The notes under the pieces: generated by a model | The model's input: only the letters and a program-made list of their open reading frames with translations | Told to the model about the DNA's origin: nothing | Database searches by the model: none | Shown here: positions 45,319-56,084 of the stretch, in pieces | Position numbering within the stretch: the first letter of the stretch is position 1 | Layout of the letters: each line of letters starts with the position of its first letter | Assembly (NCBI GenBank): GCA_963422395.1 | Contig: OY729431.1 | Location: 736,001 to 800,000, forward strand | Source: Vicinamibacteria bacterium | Lineage (GTDB): Bacteria > Acidobacteriota > Vicinamibacteria > Marinacidobacterales > Marinacidobacteraceae | Direction: 5' to 3' | DNA: 64,000 bases | Program-made: the position numbers and the translations under genes

Positions 45319-46323
45319 ATGGCGGCGCACCGATGGACGCCGGCAGCCGCAATTGTCCTCATCGGAACCGTCGGCTGCAGCGGCCCCGAGGGTCCCGAAT
45401 CCTTGACGATCTACTGCGGTCGGGGCGAGTCGCTCGTCGGTCCGGTGGTCGAAGGCTTCCAGGCGGAGACCGGGATCCCGGTGGAGGTCCGCTACGGCGG
45501 CAGCGCCGATCTGGCGGCCCAGATCCTCGAGGAAGGCGATCGGAGCCCTGCCGATGTGTACTACGGGCAGGACGCCGGAGCGCTCGGTCAGCTGGCGGGC
45601 GAGGGGCGGCTGCGCCCCCTCTCGGACGCCGTCCTCGGCCGGGTGCCGGAGCGGTTCCGCGATCCCGGCGGCCGCTGGGTGGGCACCACCGGCCGGGCCC
45701 GGGTGTTCGTGTACAACACCCAGCTCCTCACTCCCGAGGAGGTCCCCGACACGATCGCCGGCTTGACCGATCCCCGCTGGAAGGGGCGGATCGGCTGGGC
45801 GCCGACCAACGGGTCGTTCCAGGCGTTCGTCACCGCGGTCCGGCTGCTCGAAGGCGAAGAGGCGGCGCGGGAGTGGCTCACCGGGATCTTGGCGAACGAA
45901 CCCACCGCGTATCCCAACAATATGGCGATCTATCAGGCGGTCGCGGACGGCGAGGTCGAGATCGCCCTCTCGAACCACTACTACCTGTTCCGCTTCCTCG
46001 CGCAACGGGGAGAGGACTTCCCCGCCCGCACGGTGAGCCCGCGCGGCGGCGGCGCCGGCGGGCTGATCAACATCTCGGGGGGCGGAGTGGTGGACACCGC
46101 CCGGAATCCGGAGGCCGCCGAGCGCTTCCTCGCCTACCTGCTCACCGAAGAGGTCCAGCAGCGCTTCGCCGGCGAAACCTTCGAGTACCCGCTGGTTCCC
46201 GGAGTCACCACCGATCCGAGGGTGACCCCGCTCTCGGAGATCCGCCCGCCGGATCTCGCCCTCGGCGATCTCGAAGACCTGCGGGGAACGCTCGATCTGC
46301 TCCGCGAGGCGGGAGCGATCTAG
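45319..46323 (+). CDS. Fe(III) ABC transporter substrate-binding lipoprotein (FbpA/FutA-like)
   Basis: Lipobox TVGC; EEGDRSPADV, TGRARV, NHYY, TFEYPL. Confidence 0.85.
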   Translation: MAAHRWTPAAAIVLIGTVGCSGPEGPESLTIYCGRGESLVGPVVEGFQAETGIPVEVRYGGSADLAAQILEEGDRSPADVYYGQDAGALGQLAGEGRLRPLSDAVLGRVPERFRDPGGRWVGTTGRARVFVYNTQLLTPEEVPDTIAGLTDPRWKGRIGWAPTNGSFQAFVTAVRLLEGEEAAREWLTGILANEPTAYPNNMAIYQAVADGEVEIALSNHYYLFRFLAQRGEDFPARTVSPRGGGAGGLINISGGGVVDTARNPEAAERFLAYLLTEEVQQRFAGETFEYPLVPGVTTDPRVTPLSEIRPPDLALGDLEDLRGTLDLLREAGAI

Positions 46324-46413
46324 CAGCCCGTGTGACTTCGTCCCCGGGCTGCTGACTGAGCCCTTCGCCCCGTCTCCTTCGCGGGGGGAGGGCAAACCCC
46401 GGCGGTTCGGCGC

Positions 46414-48066
46414 ATGGCGGCGATGAGCGATTCCGCTTGGCGGGGGCGTAATCCCTCTCCGTTCCTCCGGGGTGCCGGCCTGCTGGTCGGGGCGCTGTGC
46501 CTGCTCCCGCTCCTCTATCTCGCCGTCCGGGCGCTGGCCGGCGGCGGACTCCTCGAAGTCCTGCTCCGCGAGCGTAGCCTTGCCGTCGCCGGGCGCACGC
46601 TCACGCTGTCGGTATCCGTCGCCCTCGCGTCGGCGGCGCTGGGACTCCCGCTCGCCTGGCTCAGCTCGCGCACCGACCTGCCGGCCCGGAGGCTGCTCAC
46701 CGTCCTGCTGGCGCTGCCCCTCGCCGTGCCCTCGTATGTCGCCGCGTTCGCGGCGGCCACCGCGCTCGGCCCGCGCGGACTGTTGCAGCGCGCCCTCGAA
46801 CCCCTGACCGGCATCGAGCGGCTGCCCGAGATCTACGGTTTCCCCGGTGCCTTCCTGGTGCTCGCGCTGCTCAACTATCCGTATGTCTATCTGGCGGCGC
46901 GCGCTCGGTTCGCGGTGCTGGACGATTCGCTCACCGACGCCGGAAGGGTGCTCGGCGCCGGTCCGCTGCGGCGGCTCCGGCGGATCACCCTGCCGCTCGT
47001 TTCCGGTGCGCTGCTCTCGGGAGGGCTCCTCGCCGCTCTCTACACCCTGAGCGATTTCGGTGCGGTTTCGCTGCTCCGTTACGAAACCTTCACCTGGGCG
47101 ATCTACCTCCAGGTCCGGAGTTCGCTGGACCGCCATACCGCTGCCGGGCTCGCGCTGCTGCTGGTGTTCGCGACGCTGCTGGTGCTCGCCGCCGCGCGGC
47201 GCTTCGAAGCTCGATCGATCCCGGCGGCGACTTCCGCCGTCCGTTCCCGCCCGCCCCGGGTAGTCCCCCTGGGGCGCTGGAAGTGGCCGGCGCTCCTCGG
47301 CTGCCTGCTGGTGCTCGGGCCGGCACTCGGGCTGCCGATCGGGGTCTGTCTCTACTGGCTCCACGAGGCCCCCGCCCATGCGGCGGCGGGTCTGCTTCCG
47401 GCGCTCTCCCGCACCGGGCTCGCATCGCTCGCCGCCGCGCTCGCCACCACCGCGCTGGCGATCCCGGTGGCGTTCCTCGCGGTCCGGTTCCCCTCGCGGG
47501 AGAGCTCGGTGCTGAAGGCGGTGTCCCACATCGGGTTCGGTCTGCCGGGGCTGGTGGTCGGCCTGTCGCTGGTGTTCTTCGCGGTGCAGCTGGCACCGTT
47601 CCTCTACCAGACTCTGGCGCTGCTGGTATTCGCCTACGCCGTCCACTCGCTGCCGCAGGCGCTCGCTCCGGCGGAAGCCGCTCTCGCCTCGATCAGCCCC
47701 CGGCTCGAAGACGCGGCGCGGTCGCTCGGCGCCCGCTCGGTCCGCCGGCATCTGCGGGTGACGCTCCCGCTGCTGCGTCCCGGCCTCGCCTCGGCGTTGG
47801 CGCTCGTTTTCCTGACCACGGTGAAGGAGTTGCCCGCGACCCTGATGCTCGCGCCCACCGGCTTCCGCACCCTGGCGACCACGGTCTGGAACGCCGCCGA
47901 GAATGTGGAATTCGGACGCGCCGCGGCGGCTTCGCTGGCCCTGCTGGGCTGCTCGGCGCTGGCGCTGCTCTTCGTGCTCCGGGACAGCCCCAGCCGGCGG
48001 CTGACCCTTCCCGCCGAAGTGCCGAAAGCGTCCCGGCTTCGCTCGCCGGGGCACCCTCGACCGTGA
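46414..48066 (+). CDS. Fe(III) ABC transporter permease (FbpB-like)
   Basis: Two EAA loops; PLAVPSYV, LSDFG, KELPATL. Confidence 0.88.
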   Translation: MAAMSDSAWRGRNPSPFLRGAGLLVGALCLLPLLYLAVRALAGGGLLEVLLRERSLAVAGRTLTLSVSVALASAALGLPLAWLSSRTDLPARRLLTVLLALPLAVPSYVAAFAAATALGPRGLLQRALEPLTGIERLPEIYGFPGAFLVLALLNYPYVYLAARARFAVLDDSLTDAGRVLGAGPLRRLRRITLPLVSGALLSGGLLAALYTLSDFGAVSLLRYETFTWAIYLQVRSSLDRHTAAGLALLLVFATLLVLAAARRFEARSIPAATSAVRSRPPRVVPLGRWKWPALLGCLLVLGPALGLPIGVCLYWLHEAPAHAAAGLLPALSRTGLASLAAALATTALAIPVAFLAVRFPSRESSVLKAVSHIGFGLPGLVVGLSLVFFAVQLAPFLYQTLALLVFAYAVHSLPQALAPAEAALASISPRLEDAARSLGARSVRRHLRVTLPLLRPGLASALALVFLTTVKELPATLMLAPTGFRTLATTVWNAAENVEFGRAAAASLALLGCSALALLFVLRDSPSRRLTLPAEVPKASRLRSPGHPRP

Positions 48067-49193
48067 CTGCAGAGCGAAACGGCGCGCAGCCGGCGCTCCG
48101 TTGCCGCGGCCTCGAAAAGCGTTTTCCGAGCGGGAGCGGGCGCCGGGTTCTCGCGGGAGTGGACCTGGCGCTCGCCGGCGGCAGCCTGCTGGCGGTTCTG
48201 GGCCCGAGCGGCGGCGGCAAGACGACGCTGTTGCGGCTCATCGCCGGGCTCGATGCTCCGGATGCGGGCCGGGTGGAGCTTTGGGGGTGCGAAGTGAGCG
48301 GGCCGGGAGTCTTCGTGCCGCCGGAGTCGCGCCGGGTGGGATTCGTCTTCCAGGACTACGCGCTGTTCCCGCACCTGACCGCGCTCGAGAACACGGCGTT
48401 CGGAACTCCGGGTCCGGCGGGGCTCGCGCGGGCCTGGGGAGCGCTGCAGCGGGTGGGCCTCTCGGAGGTGGCGGCGCAGCGGCCTCACGAACTCTCCGGG
48501 GGGGAGCAACAGCGGGTGGCGCTGGCGCGGGCGCTCGCCCCCGAGCCTGCGATCGTGCTCCTCGACGAGCCGTTCTCGAACCTGGACGCGCCGCGGCGTG
48601 CCGGGGTCCGCGACGAAGTGGCGCAGCTGCTCCGCCGCCTCGGAACGACGGCGGTGCTCGTGACCCACGACCGCGAAGAGGCGTTCGGGCTCGCCGACCG
48701 GGTCGCGCTGCTCCTCGACGGCCGGGTGGTCCGCGTCGGGCGCCCCGAGGAACTCGCGCGGGATCCCGGCAGCCGGAAGGCAGCGTGCTTCCTCGGAGAG
48801 ACGAACTTCCTGCCGGGGGAGAGCGACGGGCGAAGCGCCGCCTGCGAGATCGGGCGGGTCGAGCTGCTTTCACCGCTCGCGGGCGGACCGGCGCCGCGCG
48901 GCGCGGTGGAGGTTCTGCTTCCGCTCGACGGCCTGATCGTCGAAAACTCACCTGCCGAAACCCTGCCTGCCGGACCCTTGCCCGCTGGGCGGGGCGGCGC
49001 GGTCGCAGCGGAGCTGACCCGGGCCTCGTTCCACGGAGCCTTCCAGCTGCTCGAAGCCCGGCTTCCCTCGGGGGGAAGCGTCTGCGTCCGCTCGCCGGCC
49101 CGTGAGGCCTGGCAGCGGCCTTGGCGTCCCGGCCAGCGGGTCGGTCTCCGGGTCGCGGGCCCGGTACCGGCTTTCCCGCGGGAGGAGTCTTGA
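48063..49193 (+). CDS. ABC transporter ATP-binding protein (FbpC-like)
   Basis: GTG start overlaps the permease stop; GPSGGGKTT, LSGGEQQR, LLDEPF. Confidence 0.88.
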   Translation: MTAERNGAQPALRCRGLEKRFPSGSGRRVLAGVDLALAGGSLLAVLGPSGGGKTTLLRLIAGLDAPDAGRVELWGCEVSGPGVFVPPESRRVGFVFQDYALFPHLTALENTAFGTPGPAGLARAWGALQRVGLSEVAAQRPHELSGGEQQRVALARALAPEPAIVLLDEPFSNLDAPRRAGVRDEVAQLLRRLGTTAVLVTHDREEAFGLADRVALLLDGRVVRVGRPEELARDPGSRKAACFLGETNFLPGESDGRSAACEIGRVELLSPLAGGPAPRGAVEVLLPLDGLIVENSPAETLPAGPLPAGRGGAVAAELTRASFHGAFQLLEARLPSGGSVCVRSPAREAWQRPWRPGQRVGLRVAGPVPAFPREES

Positions 49194-49342
49194 CTTCCGG
49201 CAGCTGATCCGAGAGGGCGCCGCAAGGGTGCCGTCTGCTCCGCCCGGAGAGGGTTCGCCGCCATCCTCCTCGCCGTTCCCTGTTTGACAGACAGGAGGGC
49301 GTCCGCCGAGAATTCCGCACGGGGGAGGGAGCCGAGGAGCGG

Positions 49343-50209
49343 ATGATGTCGAAACGGCGGCTGCTCGGCCTTCCGCTCGCGGCGGCGGCGGCCTGCGGCG
49401 GCGGGGAACCCGCCGACCATCCCTGGAATGCGCTCGACGCCGAGCGGCCGATTGCGGCGGCGGACAGCGTGTTCCTCGAGGAACTCACCTGGATGGAGGT
49501 ACGGGACCGGATCGCCGGCGGTGCGGCGACCGCGATCGTGGCGACCGGCGGCATCGAGCAGAACGGGCCGTATGTGGTCACCGGGAAACACAATGTGGTG
49601 CTGCGGGCGACCACCGAGGCCATCGCGCGGCGGCTCGGCGATGCGCTCGTGGCCCCTATCGTGGATCTGGTTCCCGAAGGCGGCCACGACCCGCCCACCG
49701 GGCACATGCGCTATCCGGGCACCATCGGCCTCAGCGGCGAGACCTTCGAGCTGCTGCTCACCGATGTGGCGCGGAGCCTCGCAGTGAGCGGGTTCACCGA
49801 GGTGATGCTGATCGGCGACAGCGGCGGCAACCAGCGCGGCATGGCGGCGGTGGCGGAGCGCTGGAACGCCGCCCCGCCCCACCCGGGAACCCGCCTCCAC
49901 CACCTTCCCGAGTACTACTCCGAGGACCTGTGGAGCTACGAGCAGCTCCAGGAGCTCGGCATCCATCAGTCGCCGGCAGTGCAGTCGGCCTCGCGCGCCG
50001 GCATCCACGACGACTACCACTACGACGCCATCATGGCGACGGTGGACCCCGGCTCGATCCGCACCCGCGAGCGCCGGGCGGCGGGGCTGTTCTCGATCAA
50101 CGGGGTCCCGCTCGACCCCCTCGACCGCACCGTCGCGAACGGCCACGCGCTCGTCGCCCGCCGCGCGGAGATCACGATCGCCGCCTTTCGGAAGTCGCTC
50201 GCCCGCTGA
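49343..50209 (+). CDS. Creatininase family protein with lipoprotein-like signal
   Basis: LEELTWMEV, GGIEQNGP, GDSGGN; AAAAC lipobox-like motif. Confidence 0.78.
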   Translation: MMSKRRLLGLPLAAAAACGGGEPADHPWNALDAERPIAAADSVFLEELTWMEVRDRIAGGAATAIVATGGIEQNGPYVVTGKHNVVLRATTEAIARRLGDALVAPIVDLVPEGGHDPPTGHMRYPGTIGLSGETFELLLTDVARSLAVSGFTEVMLIGDSGGNQRGMAAVAERWNAAPPHPGTRLHHLPEYYSEDLWSYEQLQELGIHQSPAVQSASRAGIHDDYHYDAIMATVDPGSIRTRERRAAGLFSINGVPLDPLDRTVANGHALVARRAEITIAAFRKSLAR

Positions 50210-50273
50210 CCCGCCCGCGGCGTTGGCAGCCGGCGGGGCGGGGGATGCGGGCGGCTATTCCTGGCTTCTGGTC

Positions 50274-51797
50274 CTAGCTTCTGGCCCGCCCGGAAGCGAG
50301 CCGCGGCCAGAGCGGCGCGCCGGCAGCGGTGACGAGCGTCCGGCCGCCGTTCCAGGCCGCATCTTCATCCAGCGACGGCGCCCGGGAGACACCACCTCCC
50401 AGCCGTTCGAGGATCCGGGCGCAGGACTGCGGCATCACCGGATGGAGCAGGACGGCGGCGATCCGGGTTGCTTCGGCGGCCTCGTAGAGCGTCTCGTCGA
50501 GTGCGGCAGCCGCCTCCGGGTCCTTCGCCAGCGTCCAGGGGGCGCGTTCCGTGAGGAATTCGTTCACCGCGCCCACGATCCTGAAGGCAGCGCCCGCCCC
50601 TTCGTGGAGGCGGAGTGCTTCCATGGAGCCGCGGTAGTCGGCGGCGGCCGCCGCTGCGAGGTCCGGCAGCCGTGAGCGCGCGGAGGGCGAGAGGCGCCCT
50701 CCGCGGTAGCGGCCCGCCATCGAGGTGATCCGGCTCACCAGGTTGCCGAGCGCGTTCGCGAGGTCGGCGTCGTAGCGGGCCTCGAAGCGGTCCCAGGAGA
50801 AGTCGCCGTCCTGGCCGTAGGGGATCTCGCGGACCAGGAAGAGGCGCAGCGGGTCGGGGCCGAAGTGGTCGCTCGCTTCGAGCGGGTCCACCGCGGTGCC
50901 GAGCGACTTGCTCATCCGCTCGCCCTGGAAGTTCACGAAGCCGTGCCCGAAGACCTGGCGCGGGATGGGGAGCCCCGCCGCCATCAGCATCGCCGGCCAG
51001 ATCACTGCGTGGAAACGGGTGATGTCCTTTCCCACGATGTGGAGGTCGGCGGGCCAGCGCTCGTCCCAGCCTGCGGCCTCCTCCCCGTACCCGGTCGCAG
51101 AGAGGTAGTTGACGAGTGCGTCGAACCACACATAGACGACGCTCCGGTCGTCGAAGGGCACCGGGATTCCCCAGCCGAGCCCCGGTCGGCTGACCGAGAG
51201 ATCCAGAAGGCCCGCTTCGAGGACATTCCTGAGCTCGTTGCGCCGGGTTTCGGGTTCGAGGAAACCGGGCTGTTCGTCATAGAGCGCGAGTAGCCGGTCG
51301 CGGTAGGCCGAAAGGCGGAAGAAGTGGTTTCCCTCGGAGATCCAGTCGGGCTTCGACCGGTGGAGCGGGCAGAAGCCGTCCTCGAGATCCTTCTCCTGCT
51401 TGAACGCCTCGCAGGAGACGCAATACCAGCCCTCGTAGGTCCCCTCGTAGAGGTCTCCCCGGGCCCGGATCGCCTCAAGCAGTTTCCGTACCCCGAGCTG
51501 GTGGCGCCGTTCGGTGGTGCGGATGAAGTCGTCGAAGGAGATGTCGAGCTTCGCCCACACCGCGCGGAAGGTGTCCTCCATCTTCCCGCAGTAGTCGAGC
51601 GGATCGAGGCCCTGCTCCGCCGCCCGCCGCCGCACATTCAGCGAGTGCTCGTCGGCGCCCATCAGGAAGTGGGTCCGGTATCCCGCACTCCGCTTGAAGC
51701 GGGCGATCACATCGGCGGTGATCTTCTCGTAGGCGGTTCCCAGATGCGGCGGGGAGTTCACATAGTCGATCGCAGTGGTGAGATAGAAGCGGGACAC
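50274..51797 (-). CDS. metG: Methionine--tRNA ligase (short form)
   Basis: YLTTAIDYVNSPPHLG, CVSC/CPLH knuckle, YVWFDAL, GKDITRFH, RMSKS. Confidence 0.93.
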   Translation of the reverse strand: MSRFYLTTAIDYVNSPPHLGTAYEKITADVIARFKRSAGYRTHFLMGADEHSLNVRRRAAEQGLDPLDYCGKMEDTFRAVWAKLDISFDDFIRTTERRHQLGVRKLLEAIRARGDLYEGTYEGWYCVSCEAFKQEKDLEDGFCPLHRSKPDWISEGNHFFRLSAYRDRLLALYDEQPGFLEPETRRNELRNVLEAGLLDLSVSRPGLGWGIPVPFDDRSVVYVWFDALVNYLSATGYGEEAAGWDERWPADLHIVGKDITRFHAVIWPAMLMAAGLPIPRQVFGHGFVNFQGERMSKSLGTAVDPLEASDHFGPDPLRLFLVREIPYGQDGDFSWDRFEARYDADLANALGNLVSRITSMAGRYRGGRLSPSARSRLPDLAAAAAADYRGSMEALRLHEGAGAAFRIVGAVNEFLTERAPWTLAKDPEAAAALDETLYEAAEATRIAAVLLHPVMPQSCARILERLGGGVSRAPSLDEDAAWNGGRTLVTAAGAPLWPRLASGRARS

Positions 51798-52056
51798 CGG
51801 GCGCGGGCGGATTCTACGCGCCGGTTCCCGCCTGCTCCGGGGCGCCGAGACGGTTCGAACGACGGCCCGGAGGTCGATCCGAGACGCCGGCCCCGAGACG
51901 AGTGAGGCCGGGTCCTCCGGATGGGGTCCGGCGGACGAGACGCGCATCGGGAGGCGCTCCCCCGCCCCCCCGGTAGAATTTCCGCTCCCGGCTCCGGCCG
52001 CCTGTCCCGGCTCGGAACCGGCCCCCGCCCGGGAAATGAGGAGAAGCCCCGTCCGG

Positions 52057-52815
52057 ATGAGCGTGAAGACTGTCTTCGAGACCTGCCGGCCGCGCTGGCA
52101 GGTGCTGGAGAGGGCGATCTGCGAGTCCCTCGAACGTGGATGGAATCCGGAATTTGGCGCCGCTTCATGTCAGTGTCAGCGCCGGCAGTTCGCCGGACCC
52201 CACGCGGACTCCGGAGATCGATTCGATTCTCTCCGCGACGAAACGCGAACAGATCCTTGCCGCGTTGCGGCTTCTCGATTTGGCGGAGATCGCCGAGCGG
52301 CTCGGCTACCTCGACGAGATCACTGGCGACGACGATCCGGCAGAGCCGCCGATGGAGCTCTCGTCCTTGCGCCAGTGCGCCCTGTTCTTCGCCAGCGAGC
52401 CCCGCCGCAGTACTGCAAGCCGTCGGCAGTCGGAAGAGACGGTCTTCCGATGCCGGCAGCGTTCGAACTCCGACAGTGCGAGGAATACCTCTCCGTGAAC
52501 TGGCTCGAGTGCCTCGACGTGTCGAGTCTCGATGCGGCCGTTTCGAAAGTTCGGGCGGTGTTTTAACGAAGGGGCTACTGCGTCAAGCCGAACGGCAGGT
52601 TCGCGGCTCTGGAGGTCGGAGGCCTGAAGTCGGCGGTCGCCGCTCACGCGCCCGGACCGGTGCGGGTGGAAACCCGACCCCGGACCGACGATGCATCCCA
52701 CAGCGGAGTCTTCGGCTACCCCGCCGACGACTTAGCCGTTGCCGTGGAGATCGCGTGCCGGGTGCGTTCCGAGTGCGTCCACCCGGCCACACCTGAGGTG
52801 GATGGAACGACCTGA
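52057..52815 (+). pseudogene. Mosaic of decayed gene fragments
   Basis: MSVKTVFETCRPR (DUF499-ATPase-like N-terminus). A second-frame fragment reads LAEIAERLGYL. A protein-like frame YCKPS...LSVNWLE...F*RRGYCVKPNGRFA...SHSGVFGY is broken by TAA at 52564. Confidence 0.5.
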
Positions 52816-53211
52816 AGCGTGACCTGCGCGAGTGGCGCAACCGGGTCGAGCGGGAATCTACGGGATCACGGCGTCGTCGGACTTCCCGACAGCAGGCGGG
52901 CCATCAGGGAATCGGATAGGTCCCGGGCGCTTTTGGAGGTCCGTTTCCGTAGCGTTTCCATAGGACCGTTCCGGATGGCACGAGTCGAGCGCTACTTGTT
53001 CGCAACCCGGCGCGGGTGATGGTTCCGTCGTTCCCTCGTCCGATACGACACCGTATCTACTGCGGCTTCGGTCGGACCGATCGGATGGACATCATCCCCT
53101 TGAAATTCTTCCGAACCCATGCCAACCCTCCTCGTTATTCCCGATTGCCAAATGTCATGGGCCTGTACACCGGAGTTGATCCGCGGCGCCGGCTCGGGCA
53201 GACTCGCCCGG

Positions 53212-54705
53212 ATGGCGATCAGAGAAACGCGGCGGCACACCTGCCGTTTCCCCGCACTGCTCGCGGTGCTCTCCCTCGCCGCCGCGGCGCCGGCGGCGGC
53301 ACAACTCTCTTCGCGGGCGGTGGCGGACGGCGGCCCCCGTTCGTGGGCGATCGTCGGCGGCTCCGTTCACATCGGGGACGGGACGGTCCTCGAGGCGGCG
53401 ACGGTGGTGCTCCGGGACGGGCTGATCGTCTCGGTCGAGGCCTCGGAGGGGATGGGGAGCGAGGCGCCTTCGGGAGCCTTCCGGTTCGATGCCGCCGGAA
53501 AACATGTCTATCCGGGCTTCATCACCGCGCTCTCGAACCTCGGGCTCCGGGGGGGCGGCGCCGGTGCTGCGCCCGGGAGCGCTCCGAGGGCGGGCGGAGA
53601 GAATGCCGCCCCCCCGCCTTCCCGAGGACCCGAAGACCGTCCGGACACCTTCTCCTGGCGCCTCGCCGCCGACGAGCTGCGAACCGACGACGAGCGGATC
53701 GCAGCTTGGCGGAGCGCCGGGTTCACTTCCGCGGTGTCCGCACCTCGGACCGGGATCGTCCCCGGGCGCGCCGTCTTCTGGAATCTCGCTGGGGCGGACG
53801 GCGTGGACCCGCGCGATCTGGTGGTGGGCGGCGATGCGGCGCTGCTGGTCCGTCTCGAGACCCGTGGCTTCCGCTCCTTCCCCGGTTCCCTGATGGGAGT
53901 CGTCGCCTATCTGCGCCAGCTCTTCCTCGACGCCTCGCACTACGCCGAGGTCTGGCGGATGTACGAGGAGGACCCGGCGGGGCTTCCCCGCCCGCGCCAC
54001 GACCGGGCGCTCGCCCCTCTCGCCGCTGCGGCGGCGGGGGAGCAGCCGGTGCTGCTGCCCGCGCATCTCGAAAAGGAGATCCGACGGATGGTGCGGCTCG
54101 CCGAGGAGTTCGGCATCCGGCCGGTGCTCTACGGCGGGCACGAAGCGGGGGCGGCGGCGGAATTCCTGGCGGAGCGCCGGGTTCCCATCCTGGTGGACCT
54201 GAACTGGCCGCAGGCGGACCCGCAGGCGGATCCGCAGGCCGAAGTCCCGCTCCGGGTGCTCCGGCGGCGCGACCGGGCGCCCGCAGGGCCGGCGGCGCTG
54301 GCGGCGGCGGGCGCCCGCTTCGCCTTCTACCGGGGAGAGTCCCCGGGGCAGCGTTCGATGCCGGGTTCGTCTCCGGGTCCGCGGGGCGGACCGCAGGGGG
54401 ACCGAGGTGCCGGCGGCGCCCTCTCCGCGGTCCGGGAGGCGATCGCCCGGGGTCTCGACCCGGAGGCCGCGCTCACCGCCCTGACCCTTTCGCCCGCGGA
54501 GATCTTCGGAGTCGCGGACCGGGTGGGAACGCTCGCTGCCGGGAGGATCGCGAACCTGCTGATCGCCGACCGGGACATCTTCGACGAAGCGGCGAAACTG
54601 GAAGCGGTCTTCGTGGACGGGGTGATCCACCGCCCCGAAGTCGAAGCGGAGGACACCGAAGTCGAAACTGCGCCCGGGCGTGCCGCCCGGGAGGGCGAGG
54701 AGTGA
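53212..54705 (+). CDS. Secreted amidohydrolase-family protein lacking the HxH metal motif
   Basis: VYPGFITALSNLG in place of PGxxDxHxH; FPGSLMG; GRIANLLI. Confidence 0.75.
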   Translation: MAIRETRRHTCRFPALLAVLSLAAAAPAAAQLSSRAVADGGPRSWAIVGGSVHIGDGTVLEAATVVLRDGLIVSVEASEGMGSEAPSGAFRFDAAGKHVYPGFITALSNLGLRGGGAGAAPGSAPRAGGENAAPPPSRGPEDRPDTFSWRLAADELRTDDERIAAWRSAGFTSAVSAPRTGIVPGRAVFWNLAGADGVDPRDLVVGGDAALLVRLETRGFRSFPGSLMGVVAYLRQLFLDASHYAEVWRMYEEDPAGLPRPRHDRALAPLAAAAAGEQPVLLPAHLEKEIRRMVRLAEEFGIRPVLYGGHEAGAAAEFLAERRVPILVDLNWPQADPQADPQAEVPLRVLRRRDRAPAGPAALAAAGARFAFYRGESPGQRSMPGSSPGPRGGPQGDRGAGGALSAVREAIARGLDPEAALTALTLSPAEIFGVADRVGTLAAGRIANLLIADRDIFDEAAKLEAVFVDGVIHRPEVEAEDTEVETAPGRAAREGEE

Positions 54706-54710
54706 GAGCG

Positions 54711-56084
54711 ATGCCACCACGGATGACTCTTTTGCCGGCGGCGGCGCGGGCTCTCGGCTTCGCCGCCCTCCCTCTGCTGGCCGCGGCGCCGGTTTCCGCC
54801 CAGAGCGCCGCCCGAACCACCGTGATCCGGGGGGCGACGGTGCTCACCGTGAGCGCGGGGACCCTCTCTCCCGGAGCGATCCTCATCCGGGACGGGAAGA
54901 TCGCCGAGGTCGGGGCGAGCGTCGCGGTCCCCGACGGCGCCGCCGTGATCGAAGCCGAGGGGCTCTTCGTGATGCCCGGCATCGTGGACGCCCACTCCCA
55001 CATCGCCGCCGAATCCATCAACGAGGGAAGCGTCGCGGTCTCCTCGATGACCAGCACCGGCGATGTGGTGGATCCGGACGACATCGACATCTACCGCGAA
55101 CTGGCGGGCGGGGTGACCACCTCGAACATCCTCCACGGCAGCGCGAACCCGATCGGCGGCCTGAATGTGGTCATCAAGCACCGCTTCGGTGCGGACGCCG
55201 AGGGGTTGGTCTTCGAAGGCGCGCCTCCCGGAATCAAGTTCGCGCTAGGCGAGAATCCCAAGCGCTCGCGGGGGATGCCGGCGGGCGTCGAGCGCCGCTA
55301 CCCGGCTACCCGGATGGGAGTCCAGGATGTGATCCGCCAGGCGTTCCTGGAAGCGCAGGCCTACCGGAAGGCCCACGCCGACCATGAGGCAGCGAAGGCG
55401 CGCGGCGAGCGGACGCTGCCGCCGCGCCGGGACCTGAAGCTGGAGCCGCTCGTCGAGATCCTGGAGGGGGAGCGCCTCGTCCACGCCCACTGCTACCGCC
55501 AGGACGAGATCTTGCAGCTGCTGCGGCTCGCCGAGGAGTTCGGCTTCCGCATCGCCACCCTGCAGCATGTGCTCGAGGGGTACAAGGTCGCCGACGAGAT
55601 CGCCGCCCACGGCGCCGGCGCCTCCACTTTTTCCGACTGGTGGGCCTACAAGGTCGAGGCCTACGACGCGATCCCCTACAACGCGGCGCTCATGGCCGAG
55701 CGCGGCATCCTGGTCTCGATCAACTCCGACAGCGCCGAGGAGGCCCGCCACCTGAACCAGGAGGCCGCCAAGACGGTCAAGTGGGGCGGGATGAGCGAAG
55801 AACAGGCGCTCGCCATGATCACCATGAATCCGGCGGTCCAGCTCGGCGTCGGCGACCGGATCGGCTCCCTCGAGGTCGGCAAGGATGCCGATCTCGCAGT
55901 CTTCGACCGCCACCCGCTGAGCACCTACGCGGTGAACCGGATGACCTTCGTGGACGGCGAGCTGCTCTTCAGCCGCGAGCGGGACCGGGCGATGCGGGAG
56001 AGCGCCGCCGCCGAACGCGCCGCGCTCGAGAAAAAGCTCGCTGCGAAGCCGGAGAAGAAGTCGACCGGCGGAGGAGAGCGATGA
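54711..56084 (+). CDS. Secreted amidohydrolase (intact metal site)
   Basis: PGIVDAHSH, KFALGENPK, HAHCY, LQHVLEG, NSDS, GKDAD. Confidence 0.88.
   Translation: MPPRMTLLPAAARALGFAALPLLAAAPVSAQSAARTTVIRGATVLTVSAGTLSPGAILIRDGKIAEVGASVAVPDGAAVIEAEGLFVMPGIVDAHSHIAAESINEGSVAVSSMTSTGDVVDPDDIDIYRELAGGVTTSNILHGSANPIGGLNVVIKHRFGADAEGLVFEGAPPGIKFALGENPKRSRGMPAGVERRYPATRMGVQDVIRQAFLEAQAYRKAHADHEAAKARGERTLPPRRDLKLEPLVEILEGERLVHAHCYRQDEILQLLRLAEEFGFRIATLQHVLEGYKVADEIAAHGAGASTFSDWWAYKVEAYDAIPYNAALMAERGILVSINSDSAEEARHLNQEAAKTVKWGGMSEEQALAMITMNPAVQLGVGDRIGSLEVGKDADLAVFDRHPLSTYAVNRMTFVDGELLFSRERDRAMRESAAAERAALEKKLAAKPEKKSTGGGER

Noticed and set aside
46356-46400. Hairpin between the iron-binding protein and the permease
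   Set aside because: An ordinary intercistronic stem-loop of ABC operons; no second copy in the window.
49194-49342. Structured intergenic region resembling the start of a SAM-I riboswitch (ctgatccgagaggg..., GCAA loop)
   Set aside because: The remaining conserved elements are missing; an Rfam/Infernal search would be needed.
52992-53240. Small minus-strand ORF with a good Shine-Dalgarno (MGSEEFQGDD...)
   Set aside because: Too short and has no recognisable motif; treated as part of the pseudogene debris.
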